From assembly GCA_002104905.1 (NCBI GenBank), contig MCFE01000179.1, positions 78,190-142,189 of the forward strand: 64,000 nt of DNA, written 5' to 3'. The position numbers and the translations under genes were made by a program. A model generated the notes under the pieces. That model saw only the letters and a list, made by a program, of their open reading frames with translations, searched no databases and had not been told where the DNA came from. The stretch comes from Basidiobolus meristosporus CBS 931.73 (Eukaryota > Fungi > Basidiobolomycota). This document shows, one piece after another, positions 13,531 through 26,789 of this stretch (within the stretch, counting starts at the first letter, position 1; each line of letters starts with the position of its first letter).

Positions 13531-14297
13531 TTGTTGAAAAGCAAATGCAATGCTCCCAATGGAGAGTGCTTGCCCCAACAGATACCCTCTATTCTAGGAA
13601 TCTCCAGTGTCAGATTAGCCACATATTCCAGGCAATTGCTTATAGCTTGCCAACCTTGCAGCATTGCATGAAAACTTCTGTGTGTTCTCATTGTGGGAAA
13701 ATGCTGTACTTAGTGTTGGTGTTTGGGTGATAATATCATGTGCATGACATATGGAGTAAGTCCCCTGAATCTCACAGATTTGACAGCAATACCGCCCATT
13801 GTGCCTATAAAAGCCAGCTATCTTGTTGATGAGAGGGGTATCTCCAATGCAGATGATAATACGCACTTTGACATAACTGCCATTTACTGTTATCCCACTG
13901 GAAACTACTCAAAATTCAGACCGCAATGATATAGGTAACTTTCCAGGCTGGATGGTAGTTTAGGCTCAGACACTAGTGAGACAACCATCAGATTTCTGCT
14001 CTGATACCTTAAGATAGGAGGCAGATTTAAGTTGATGAGAATCAGTGGCTAGCAGGATTTGCTGGTACAGTATTTGTTTAATGAGAATCCATCAAGTGCT
14101 AAAGCAAAGGCATGGCCATACATGACTTCATAGTAGCCCTTGCTTCTTTGCTGTATGTAATGTTTGCTATCAAACATATTGGAAATGACTGCACTTGATT
14201 GATATTGGGTGCAATACTTTATAGCTTCCCAATATTAGTTGAACTGCATAAGCTACTTTTGATGGGATATTACTAGAATGTAGCTGGAGTATGTATA
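13530..14297 (-). mobile_element. En/Spm-like copy D, transposase central fragment
   Basis: Colinear with copy B 8770-9530. Confidence 0.75.
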
Positions 14298-16857
14298 AAT
14301 ATTCTCCTAACTTAGGCCAGCCCCTTCAAGTACTACAGAATACTGACCAAATTTCTTTTTGGTATTTACTTGGAATATTTTCACTAAAATATCAGGTACC
14401 CTGAACATGAAAATGCTCAAAGTTGTTCAAACAGCCCCAACCTGTGCACACATGTACTTGGAACCTTTCTGAACCTATTTTTTGTGCCACTATACTAAGA
14501 CTATGTAAAGGTATAAATACTACTTTTGCATACTATAAATTCCTAAATAAATCTACTTAAATCACAGGTTCTCACAGACATGTCCAATATATGCTACTAT
14601 GATGCTGCTGGGAGATGAAACTGCAAATCTAATTAATAGAATTACCCTGCTAGTGGATGAGATAATATCTGTGGTTATTCCAACTACTGATGAGGATGTG
14701 ATAGTAATCATCCTGATTAGCCTGAACAACCGGTTTTAGGGCCATGTATCCACCCTGGAGTCCAGAGCTGAATATTTGACTTGATTATGTATATGGAAGA
14801 CCTCGGGATGAGAATTTCAAGAATCAAGTGGAAATAAGAAGGAAGAAGAAAATGCTTTAATACAGAATAACAACTAACAAAGGTGATACCCAAGACCTGC
14901 TGAAGGCAAAAGCAACCAGTTTAGCAACTACCACAAGAGGAAAGGATGCACATCAGATCAGTGCTTGAAAAAGTGAGATAGGCGGCAGAAAAAGCCAGAA
15001 TAATGAAATGCTGCAACAACAGAGGACAGACTATTCATATCTGCATCAGATATGACTACCAACAAGGCTTCTCAGACATGGTAAATTGACTCAGGAGCAT
15101 CTCAACACCAATATACACCAAAAAGAACTTTTTACCCTTTATCAAGAAATTCTAATCAAGAAGGTTTTCATGGGTGACAATAGTACACTTGATGCAGTGG
15201 GGGAACAAACTATCCAAATAAACCTCAGAAACAGTGAAGGAAGCCATAGACTGACCATTGGAGAAGCACTCTATGTACCAGAAATAGCCAAGAACATATT
15301 TCACACTCTGTGGCCAAGTATAGGTTCACTTGGCCTCTCTGGCACACTATGGTATCATTTGGCACTCATGGCTTAATGTGGCACTATCCAACAGAACAAG
15401 TCTTTTATATAGACTCAAACAATCACTGAGAGCCTGGAGTTGCAAAATAGATTCTAATCTGGAATCTTTGAGTTTCAAGAGGAGCAATGCTGACTATTGC
15501 ATGTACTATAAGACAAATTGAGCAAATCCAGTTCTATTAGCTCTGTATGTCAATGATCTTATTGAAGCCACCAATAACCTATAAGTAGTGGGAGAGATTA
15601 AATCCAGCCTCTCTAAGGTGTTGAAAATGTCTGATCTAGGAGAACTCAGTTACTGCTTAGCAATAAAGTTTGTCATAGACAGAGGTACCCAGACTAACAC
15701 CCTAAACTAGTTCAGGTATATTCAAGATATACAAAAGAAGTACTAAGTGGAAGACTGTAATCCAGCAGCTACCCCTATAGAGACAAATCTCAACTTGGTC
15801 AATACTCAACCAAATCAAGAGATTGGTGCCATCTGAGAGCCTTGACTTTCCTTATCAATCTATGATTGGCAGTCTGATGTATATGATGCTTGGAACATGT
15901 CCGGATATCTCATCTTCAGCCGGAGTTGTCAGCCTGTATAATCAGAGCTATTGATCTGATCATGTTGCAGCACTTTAGTGAATTTTCAGATGCCTAAGAG
16001 GAACTGTTGAAATCTGCTTAAGATACAATTATGAGAATTCAGAATAGAATCTTATTGGATACTCTGATGCTGATTGGGGACAAAATTTGGAAGATAGAAG
16101 ATCAACTGATGGACACACCTTTCTTTACTGTAAAGCAGCAATTTCATCAAACTCAAGAAAGTAGCCAACTGTAGGACTCTCTACCATGGAGGCTATAAAA
16201 GGAGCAATTTGGCTAAGGAGGCTTCTTGAGGATTTAGGCTTATGTCAAAAAACACTATTATATTATTTCAAGATAATCAAATATTTATACAATTAGTCAG
16301 AGATCCAACTTTTCATGCTAGGACTAAGTACGTAGATATTAGATACTACTTGAAATGTGAAGCTAAAGAGAACAGCTTAGTTAACTTAGATAACTCTCCT
16401 ACAGATGAATAATTGCAGGCATATTTACTAAACCATTAGTTAGCAATAAGTTTGAATATCTTAGGTCAGAATTTGCTAGTCACTATGAGCATTTAGTTTT
16501 GTAGGAGTGTGGTAGAAATTTGTAAATCCACTTAAATATGTGCCTAACTTAGTCACCTAACGCACCACCTTCAAGTCCTAAAGAATACTGACTGAAATCT
16601 TGTTGGGATTTACTTAGAATATTTTCACCATAATATCAGGTACCCAAAACATGAAAATTTTCAAAATGTTGTCCAAACAGCCCCATACTGTACACACATG
16701 TTTTTGAGACCTTACTAAGCCTATTGTATACGTCTTTTAGGCTCAATCCATGTAAAAGTATAAATACTACTTATAAATGCAATAAGCCATTAGGTCAACA
16801 CAGCATAGTCTAATTGTTCTCCCAATCACTTCCAATATCTCCAGGACTCTGAGAACA
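14298..16857 (+). mobile_element. Internally deleted Ty1/copia (family 2)
   Basis: Truncated 5' LTR ~14298-14566 and 3' LTR 16508-16857, both homologous to 27534-27882. Gag, PR and RT-RH remnants match 28200-31300; integrase and most of RT are missing at ~15300-15400. Confidence 0.85.
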
Positions 16858-17730
16858 TCATCAAGTATGTTGTCAGCTCATACCAAAGCATTAATGAGCC
16901 AATTAGGTGCAGTGGCTGACAGGACAGATACAATGGCCCAGAAAATTCAGGGATTAGTCTGAACACAGGATGAGTGGATCAAAGGTGTAGAGCTATCAAT
17001 ACACCCGGTAAAGAAAGCAGTATCTTTTCTACAAGAAATGAACTCAAGTAGCTCAGTGTCACATCTAAGAATTGGGCCATTTCTCAATGCCACTGCAGAG
17101 GAACGCCACACAGTCCTTGAAGCATGTCAATAGTGCCCAAAGATATAGTACACAGAAAAACCTATCAAAGCATGGGAGGGAGAAAATGTCTGTTAATAAT
17201 ACAGCCCACAAATCAAAAAAGACACTGATGATATGTGAATCCTTTGGGTGAAATAATGAAGAATGGACTAATATTCAAGATGCTGTTAGAAGTCCAGCAT
17301 GCCAACACCTTAGGGCCGGCATACTATGGTATAATTGGGAACTCAAGGCCAAGCAGAACATGCTTGACTTCTTCCATGAGCATTATACTGAACTCAAACA
17401 AGCAAACAGATTTTGGGGCAGTGTTGGCATGCTAAGAAAGGATCTCAAGAGTAGCAGACACTATCAAAGGCATAAGAACCAGGAAACAGTTGCTGAAAAC
17501 CAGTAGTATCCTGAAGAGCCAGTTATAAGCAGAGCCAAAAGCTCAAAACAAGCATCAAAGAGATATCAGGTAGCTGGAAGAGAGCCTGGAAGGACAAAGC
17601 AGCCAGAAACATATGTACTAGTATTACATTCATCAAGGAAAAAGTGTAGGCCCACTCAAGAAGTACTCAGTCAAAGGAATAGTGAAGGACCTGACCATGA
17701 TAAGCACCAGCAGTCTCTAAGTCCATAAGT
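16858..17730 (+). mobile_element. En/Spm-like ORF2 fragment (continuation of copy D)
   Basis: Matches 10840-11230, 20030-20750 and 23150-23950. Confidence 0.75.
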
Positions 17731-18733
17731 AATTTTTGCAGCCATATAGCCTTCTAAGTTGCTTGACAAGCAGCCATGTATTCAGCGTCAGTTTAGATAG
17801 GGCCACAGTTGGTTGTTTCTTGCAATTCCAAGTGATAGCTGCACCAGCATAAAGAAATGCATACCTAGTGGTAGAATGTTTGTCAATTGGATCCCAACCC
17901 CAATTGGAATCACAATAACCATCAAGTTTTGGCCTATTAGCTGCTCTGAATACCCCAGTATCATATTTGTGGTTTCATATAGATATCTGAAAATCCACTT
18001 AACTGCTGTAATATGATCTGATCCATAATTCTGCATGAGTTGACCTACTCTTCCAACTGTCAGTGCAATATCAGTAAATGTAGACACCATCAAGTACATC
18101 AGGCTGCCAACTATTGACTGATAGGGAAACTTTTGGTCCATATTTGATACATTTGTGCCTACAACTGGCTGGGAGTTAGACACTTCTGGATGCATTGTTC
18201 ATAGGGGTAGCGCAGAATTGCAGCTTTTCATATTGAAGTGTCTGAGAATGTCCACAATGTACATAGACTGATTCAGCACAATTTCTGCATAGGTATGTCA
18301 AATATGACTTCAATTCTAAGAAAATAGCTCAATTTCCAAGATCTTTCATGTCAAACTTGCTGAAGGGATCTGATTTTGTCTGTTTAAGTACCTCCTGGTC
18401 ACTGGTAGTTATTACTAGGCTGTCCACATTAAGAACTAGGATGATCATACCCTTTTTAAGCTACTCCACATATATACTGTGATCTGCAGTGCTGCAAATG
18501 AACCAAATCTCCTCTAGATATGTGTCTTTGCTGTTGTACCATGCTCTAGGCACCTGCTTAAGCCCCTATAACAATTTCCTAAGTCTGCACATATATGGGG
18601 GCCTTTTAGATTGGTAAATGTTCTGGTTGCTCTATATATATAGTTTCTTGCAAATCCCCATTTAGAGAGGGTGTTTTTTTGTCCATTTGGTGTAGATCCA
18701 GACAGTGTACAGCTCCTAGGGCTAGAACTGTCC
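17730..18733 (-). mobile_element. Fragment of copia family 1 (RT to RNase H start)
   Basis: Reverse complement of ~5790-6790 (e.g. MDQ(N/K)(V/F)PYQS(L/I)VGSLMY). Confidence 0.85.
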
Positions 18734-18829
18734 AAATGGAGTTACACTTGACAACCAGAACAATCTCTCCCTTTAGAGTATTGGAAGCCCTGGAGGTATC
18801 TTGTTGACATTTTTGTGGTGTTTATTCAG

Positions 18830-19103
18830 AAGCAGATCACCAATGCCAGTTTGGTACACCTACAGGCTTTATGCAAGAAGTACTACATGGCATTCAAACA
18901 GCAATACTACAAGCATAAACCTGATTGTGTAGCTCTCTGCTGTTACTGTATCAATTCTCTACTCCATCTTGCTTAGTGTGTGGTGAATACTTGATCTTCC
19001 TTCACCTCTAGAGAGTTTCCTATAGAGCAGATATAGGGGAAACAGGGAGAGAATTAAAGTTGCAAACACTATCATTCCCCAATTTTATTACAAATATCAC
19101 CTT
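18830..19103 (+). mobile_element. En/Spm-like transposase C-terminal fragment
   Basis: Matches the reverse complement of 8215-8490. Confidence 0.7.
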
Positions 19104-19698
19104 TTAGAAACAATTGCACCCTAGTTTCCACAAAAAATCAAGTCAGAGTTTTTCATCAGAACATTGCATAAGAGGCTTTTAATTGGTTGTCTGCCAATTA
19201 TCTTAGGTTCTGATTGCAGACCCTCAATCACCTTCAAAATCTGTGTACATTGTGTGGCAATTGCCTCTTTTTCACACACCACCCTTCCTGATTCAAATAC
19301 TGCTCTTATATCTCATCCATAAAAATTAGTTTATTTCCTTTCAATGGTGGGTTGCAACTCAAATTCATGCTGCACCAACCTATACCAGTCCCAATATCCA
19401 ACACTAACATTATGCCCAATCCTACACTCAACAAGTAACTTCATTAAAATCCACAATTCAAGAAGTACTTCTGTCAAAACACCCTTTGCCATAGCTTTGG
19501 TGGGAACCCCACAGCTTATGAATTATTCACCTACTGGTTCCTATACATCCTATTCTTCAGCCAGTACTGCAAGGTTAAAAACCACATCAACCAGTCTTTG
19601 CAATATATTTTTGCAATATTCAAGTGTGGTGTCTTAGGCACTGCTCTTGAAGAAGTGCTGCAACCATTTGCTGTACCTATTATTGCCCCAACACTTTA
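19104..19698 (-). mobile_element. En/Spm-like ORF2 C-terminus and 3' flank fragment
   Basis: Colinear with 55-650. Confidence 0.75.
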
Positions 19699-19699
19699 T

Positions 19700-22336
19700 T
19701 ATACCTTATAACAAGCAATTAGTTCTTGTAGGTGAGTCCAATCCAGATAAGCCATCAGGATTCTATAATGAGTCTCTTATAATCTGGCAATTTGAAATTA
19801 TTGATCCTCCATACAATCCTATGACAGGATTGTTCCCATGATTTGCTTTTTCACTGCTAAAAAATGCTAAATATTTTACAGTACGTTAGCAGTTGTTTAG
19901 CAAGAATAGCATGGCATTCTAATAGTCTTGATGTGCTCTACAGTATTTGAGATCCCCTAATTGGCCAATACATCCTATTGCCATATATGCAAAGCAGCTT
20001 GATGGTGCTCTGACAGCCTCATTCCATGCAAACATGTAGTGCAATCAATATCCCAGGTAAAGAAAGTAGTATCTTTGCAGCAAAGAAGGAACTCATCTAG
20101 TTTAATTAGCAGCTAAGAACTGAACCATTTTGCAATGTAACAGCAGGGGAGCACCTTACAGTCTTTGAAGCACAACAACAGTGCCCAAAGATGGAGCCCA
20201 CAGAAAAACCTATCACAGCATGGGAGGGAGATAATGTGGTGTTCATACCACAGCAAAGAAATTAAAAGATATTACAGATCAGTGAAGCCATTTGGAGTAT
20301 TAATGAAGAGCAGGATAATATTCAATAGACCGTCAGAAGTATAGCACACCATCACTCTGAGGCCAGCATACCATGGGATCATCTGGAGCTGAAGGCAAAG
20401 AAGAATGTGCTTGACATGTTCCATGAGCATTATCCTAGATTCAAACAGGCAAACAGATTTTGGGTCAGCATTGGTAAGCTAAGATAGTATCTTAAGAATA
20501 GCAGAAACTACCAAAGGCAGAAGAAGGATGCCATGGCTAAAGACCAGCGGCTTCCTCAAGAGCCTATCACAAGCAAGGCTGAAAGCTCTAAGCAAGCATC
20601 AAATAGATGTCAGGTGCTGGAAGAGTGCCAATAAGGGGCAAGCTGGCAGACACAGATGCACTGGCACAGAATTCAGCAAGAAAAAGCTTTTTACTACTGA
20701 TGAAGCACTCAGTCAACATAGCAGTGAAGGACCTGGCAGTGATAAAAGCCAGCAGCTTTCTCAGGAGCCCCCCCACAACTATGGCTAAGTGCTAAAAACA
20801 AGTGATAAATAAATGTCAAGTTGCCAAGATAGTGCCAGCAAGGGACAAGCAGGCCAAAACAGATGCCTCAGAGCTGAGTTTATCAAGGAGAAAATGTAGC
20901 TCATTACAAGAAGCACTCAGACAAAGTAGCAGTGAAATACCAGGCAGTGATAAAGGAAGAGGTAAAGGGAAAAACATCTACCTAAGCTTGAGACAGGGAA
21001 GCATACAATGGAAACTGCAGTTCTTGCCAATTAGTACTCTAAGCCCAAGACAGATTGAGTCTCATCATAGACAAGAAGAATTACCAACAAGAAAACAGCT
21101 ATTTTCACAAGAGTTGGAAGCACAGGCAGTTGTTACAAGTCTTGGTATAAGAGCTGTAGAGGAATAGCAAGTTTAGCTAGTATTGTACTCACTAAAACTT
21201 GAACTGATTTTTATTGAGGTTCCTGCAGCTCCTTATATACACTTTGCTAGATCAATTACTGACTAATTGTATTTCCTAATGTAGGCTGTGGCTGATGACT
21301 CATTTGATTGCATCATCATCCTCCTATAAGATCCTGCTTAATATATCTATTTCTGTCTGATAAGGATCTGCTGATTCATTTGCTGACAAATGCTACTGAT
21401 TTGATAGGTAATACTGATATACTGAAAGGCTAAACATATAACTAATTGATTTGACTAGAAATGGATCTAACTTCAACATTCAAGTTGTAGATCATAACAC
21501 AGCTGAGCTACACCCTAGCAAGATATATGGGTTTGCAGAGAAAGACAATCCATCCACTACAGCCTTCATGTCCTCCATTGTTGACAGAGTGGAGATCCAA
21601 ATGACAGATAAGGCTACATACTGAAGAGCTTAAAAACTATCACAATTCCCTTGGTGGAATTTTGGAACATTAATAGGCACACCAAGAGGTTGCAGCACTT
21701 ATTCAAGAGTATTACTTGGGTAAATGCACTTAAATATTGCATGGATTTATTACAAAGACTGGCAGATGAGGTGCTAGACCTTGTAGTGCCAGCTGAAGAC
21801 CAGGTTGTGTGGAAACCAGTGAATCAACAGTGGCACAAAGCCATTGGGCTCCTGCTGGAGTCATGGAAACAGAGTGTTACAGCAGAAATACTTATTGAGT
21901 GGTGGATCTTAATGGAGTTACATGTTTGGTGCAGGGTTGAGCTTAATGTTGGTTTTGGGAATAGGGACTTGTATAGGTCAATACAATTGGCAATTGAGGT
22001 ATAACTGAAGTTTCAATGGAAATAATTCATTTTGTATGCATAAAAAGTAAGAAAATTGGTTGAATCAGGAAGTAAGGAGTGTGAAAAAGAGGCAATATCC
22101 AATCAATGTGCACAAACATAGGAGGTAATTGAGTGTTTGGGATTAGAAAGTGAGCAAATTTGCAGGGATCCAGCCTAATGCCATTAATATGTTGTTGAGA
22201 TGGAAAATGTTGGCTAAGTTTTTTGTGATATTTGCGGTGCAATTATTCTTCAATGATCTCTGCACAGCATCCTGCCAGAATCAGTACCTCTTAGTCATTG
22301 GACTTTAACTTTGTGATGGCATTTTGATGGGATCAT
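19700..22336 (+). mobile_element. En/Spm-like copy E: non-autonomous deletion derivative (both flanks, transposase lost, ORF2 3' part kept)
   Basis: 19700-20020 is the left-flank homolog of 2600-2910/7445+. ORF2 spans 20030-22004 and the terminal motif 22284-22336. Confidence 0.7.
21131..21499 (-). mobile_element. Solo LTR of another family (369 bp) inserted in ORF2 of copy E
   Basis: TGTTA...TAACA termini with near-duplicated flank CAGT/CAGC. ORF2 homology to copy A resumes on both sides. TATATAA then AATAAA lie on minus (21231-21240, 21210-21215). Confidence 0.75.
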
Positions 22337-25080
22337 AACAATAATTTCTCATAGGGTTTCTGATAGAAATGCCATGCAAATGTTAGTACAGGCAGGTATC
22401 AGGATGGTGTCTGGGTCATATGATGCTAGCAACATGATGGTTTTCCATTTGTACCATGTACATTGTATGTTACATCCCACAATGTTTTTGGCAAGAAGTA
22501 GTAGTAAATCCTCAAAACCCCCATTGGTAATGATTGTGGAAACACACTACTTCTTTGAACACCACATCACATCATTCACCAGTTGATGGATTTTTGGTCT
22601 CACTTGGCTCCATAGAGTATCCTTGTCAATTTTTTTCACAGGTGTTGTCTCATTATATATTGTCATTTTGCAGAGCTCATGCCAGGAACTGTTGATAGGG
22701 GGATGGGCTCACAATCCACCTGTGAGCCTACTTCTTCAGAGCTATCACTCTGTATGCCGTATTTAGAAGGACAAGGCAAGCCCAAAGATGGCACAAGCTC
22801 ACCTGACTTGGTTTATTCAAGGTTACAAGTACAGCTAAGTGTTATTATTGACATATCAGGTGGCAGGCAAGATATTGATGGTACTATAGTGACTGAAGAA
22901 TGGTCAAATATGACTTGTGTAGCAACATACTGGCTGTGATCCTTATAATACTTTGTATGCTATCTGTGTGCTTCATGACTGAGATGCTTGTTACAATAGC
23001 CAAATGGACTTTTTCTCTATGAATCTCTGCAGAGCTACAATCTGATTATGATTCTCACACAGATGAGAATGTTGCAATTGCAGTGACCATGGCTGAAGAC
23101 CCGCAAGTGGCTGTCATAACATCACCACTACTGGTATTACAAAATATGTAGTCAGCTCAGACTAAGTCATTAATGAGGCAATTAGATACAGTGGCTAATA
23201 TGATAGATACAATGCCCCAGAGAAATCAGGAAATAGTCAAGAGACAGGATGAGTGGATAGCACATGTAGAGCAATCAATACTCAAGGTAGATAACTCAGT
23301 AGTTTTGCTGCAAATAAGAAACCCAATTAGCGCAAAGTCACACCCAAGAATTAAGCCACTTCTCAATGTTACAGCAGAAGAACACTGTACAGTCTTTGAA
23401 GCACAACAACAGTGCCAAAAGATAAAGCTCATACAGAAACCCCTCACAGCGTGGGAGGGAGAAGCTGTGGTGTTTATATCCCAGCCCAATAATCAAAAGA
23501 CTTTGAAGATCTGTGAGGCTGTTGAGTGCAGTCATGAAGAGCTGGCTAATATTCAAGCAGCTGTTAGAAGTCAAGTGCAGCATCAGCTTAAGGCCTGCAT
23601 ACAATGGGGCCATCAGGAGCTCAAGGCTAAGCAGAATTAACTTGGCCTGTTTTATGAGCATTATCCTGGATTCAAGCAAGCAAACAGATTTTGAGCATAC
23701 ATTGGGATGCTAAGAAAGTATCTCAAGAATGGCAGAAACACTCAAAGGCAGAAGTACAGGGGTACCATGGTTAAAAGCAGCGGTTTCCTTAAAAGCTTAC
23801 CATAAGCAGGGCCAAAAGCTCCAGAAAAGTAACAATGAAACATCAATTAGCCAGGAGAGTTCCAGTTAGGGATAGACAGGCAGAAACAGATACAGCAGTG
23901 CATTAATTATCACAGAGAAAATGTAGTTCAGTACAAGAAGCACTCATCACAGCAGAAGTGAAGGGCTTGACAATGATAAAACCTGTGGCTTTCTCAGGAG
24001 CCTATCACAAGCAGGGCTGGAAGGTCCAAACAAGTGGCAAAGAAGCATCAGGTTTCCAATAGAAAGCCATTATGGCACAAGCAGGTAAAAACAGAGGCAC
24101 CAGTTCATCATTTCTCAAGGAGAAAACAAAGTACAACACTAGAAGCACTTGGTCACAGTAGCAGTGAACCACTTGACAGCAACAAGAGCCTGCAGCTCTC
24201 TCAGAAGCCTGACACAAGCAGGGCTGATAGTTCCAAGCAAGCAGCTAAGAAATGTTAGGTTGCCAGGATAGTGCTGGCAGGGAACAAGCAAGCAGAAATG
24301 GATTCAGCAGTGCAGTGTTCATTTAGGAGAAAACAGAGTACAGCACAAGAAGCACTACAGTGAAGTTGCAGTGATATTCCTGGCAGTGATAGTGGTAGAG
24401 GTAGAGAAAAAAAATCTATCCAAGCCAGAGACAGAGAAGCCTGGACAAAAACCTGCAGTTATCACCAATTAACACCATCAGCCCCAAACAGGCTGCATCA
24501 CATCATAGCCAAGAAGAATAACAAACAAGACACCAGCTGTTTTTTCTAGTGCTGGAAGTGTAGCCTGTTGAGCTACACTCCATTAAGGTAGATGTGTTTA
24601 CAGAGAGAAGCAATTTGTCTACCACTGCCTCTGCACCCTCAATTGCAAACAGAGTGGAGTTCAAACCTACAGACAAAGCAACAATGTCAAGAACTCAAAA
24701 GACACTCACAATTCCTTCAGTGGAGTTTTGGAACATTAATAGGCATATCAAGAGGTTGCAGCACTTCTTCAAGAGCAGTGCTCAAGAAAATGCACTTGAA
24801 CACCTCAAGAATCCATTGCAAAGACTAGCAGATGTGGTGCTAGACCATGCATTGCCAGCTAAAGGTCAGGACATATATATATGAAATAATGAGTGAGCAG
24901 TGGCACAGAGACAAGGGGTTCCCAACAAAGTCATGCAAAATAGGCATTACAGCAGAAATTCTCATTGAATGGTGGATTTTGATGGAGCTGCTTTTTGAAT
25001 GTGGGGCTATGCTTAATGTTATATGTTTGCCATATTGCTCTGGAGGCACCACCAAGTTACTTCTAATTATGATGTCTGCA
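22337..25080. mobile_element. En/Spm-like copy F: transposase N-terminal fragment (minus) plus nearly full ORF2 (plus)
   Basis: 22340-23010 matches 9620-10260; 23020-25030 matches ORF2; ~460 bp of intergenic sequence is deleted relative to copy B. Confidence 0.75.
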
Positions 25081-26789
25081 GGAATTGACCAGTTGAGTCC
25101 ACTCAGATTGGTGTAGACTGCATTAAGATAGCTGGGATGCCATGGAAATCCTGCTAAAGGTCCTTGTAAATGCTTTCAAGCTTATTTTTCTGTTTGGCAG
25201 CAACAGCAGCAAAACACCATCACAGTTTCTTCAAAAGGTTGTGGGGAAGGTTAATAATTCTTACATGATCAGTAATGTGGCTAAGCAAGCATTTAAAGAC
25301 TGGAACTTATAATCTATAAGCAGGACTGCAGCAACAGGACTCAATTATAGGTCTGGAAATTCAGTGTATTGTGCAAATGATCAGAATGCCACACATTTGT
25401 TCCTGGAGATCAGAGGATATACATGTAAGCCTATATTCCATCATATCTGGAATTTAACTCAAGGATCCTTCATGAAGAAACATTAATACTTTGGCATTGG
25501 AGAATTGGATATGCCAGTTTCAACCACTTGAACAACAAAATCAGCTATCCTCCAGAGTGAATATTGATCCTCAGCTGGTTTGAAGCTCTGTAAGGCTGCA
25601 CAAGTGGAAAACCAGCCAGACAACTGCTCAAGAAATCTTGGCCAACTAAAGCATAGACAAATCCAGATGTGACCTATGGAGCTCAATGTTGATCTATGTA
25701 AGATGTATCATTGGCTGAAATGAAGCATCTAGTTACTAGACATACTCCATCTGATAGTGCTACATAGTGTCAGCCATTTTGCAGTGCTTAATCCATCTGG
25801 CACTCTACAACTCTATCCAGGGCTTTAAGCTTTGCCATAATCCTATTGATGGGATCTAGCTACTGGTATATTTGTTAAATTGTACCTATATTGCTCAGAA
25901 TAGGGGCCAGCTTGATTATATAATGTTATAATGCTCCAGAGACATTTCTCTCATTGGATGTCATCCTGTGTAATTACACTGTATATTAATAAATATCTTG
26001 ACTATTAGCCTATTCTGCTGTTTTCTCTTATTTGTGACTCTCCTCTGAATTTATCAGCCAATGTGATGCATTTCATCAGATATTATTTGCTTCATGCTAT
26101 GCACACCATTTACATGGCTTTATACAAGATGTAATACATCCTTATCTCTGACAATCCTGTTATATATAGGCCTAGCCTGCCATACACTTATCTACTCTAC
26201 TGTATTCTAGAAGATTCTCAGCCCAGAGTGCTTTGTCATGTCTACTTCTAGTAAATAACACATGGAACCAGATGATATTACCCTCAGTTTTAGACAGTGC
26301 TTGAAACTCATACTGTGTGCTTTATATTTGCCAGAATATAGTGCTTCTGCCCACAGAATGCTTACTAATTCTCACTGGGAAGGTCCCAAAGATACATCTG
26401 ATATATAATCTGGTGCAGAACACTGTTTAATATGAGAGTCATTTGGATCTTCTGTGCCTAGTATTCCAAGCTTACTCTAACTTATTCAAGTCCTCTGCAA
26501 GATGGCTCTCAACTGTTGTCAGCTAGGAGTAAAGGCTTGTAGCCTTTTGTTGCCATTATTTGTGTAATAAATCTTATTGGGCAGTAGCAACATAATCAAA
26601 AAATGGATCGGATTTTGTTGCAGCAGCTCAGCAGATTTTGAGATACCAAAATAGAACTGCTGATGTTGGCTTAAAGTACACCAATAAGAATCTGGAACAG
26701 GCACTTCCAGGATACTGTGATGCTGATAGGGGACAAAACTCAGAAGACACAAGGTTGGCCACAGTACACAACTGTTGTGCTTCAACATT

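Noticed and set aside
15300-15400. Short GGCAC-repeating filler at the copia-2 deletion junction
   Set aside because: Too short and irregular to call a repeat or captured element.
19720-20020. Translation resembles a ubiquitin-conjugating E2 fragment (WQFEIIDPP..P..G; LDVLYSI*DP)
   Set aside because: The segment is the transposon's left flank. Its homolog at 2631-2910 lacks these residues, so the resemblance is probably chance.
25700-26500. AT-rich segment inside the decayed host copia
   Set aside because: No homology to other parts of the window could be established by eye; left unannotated.
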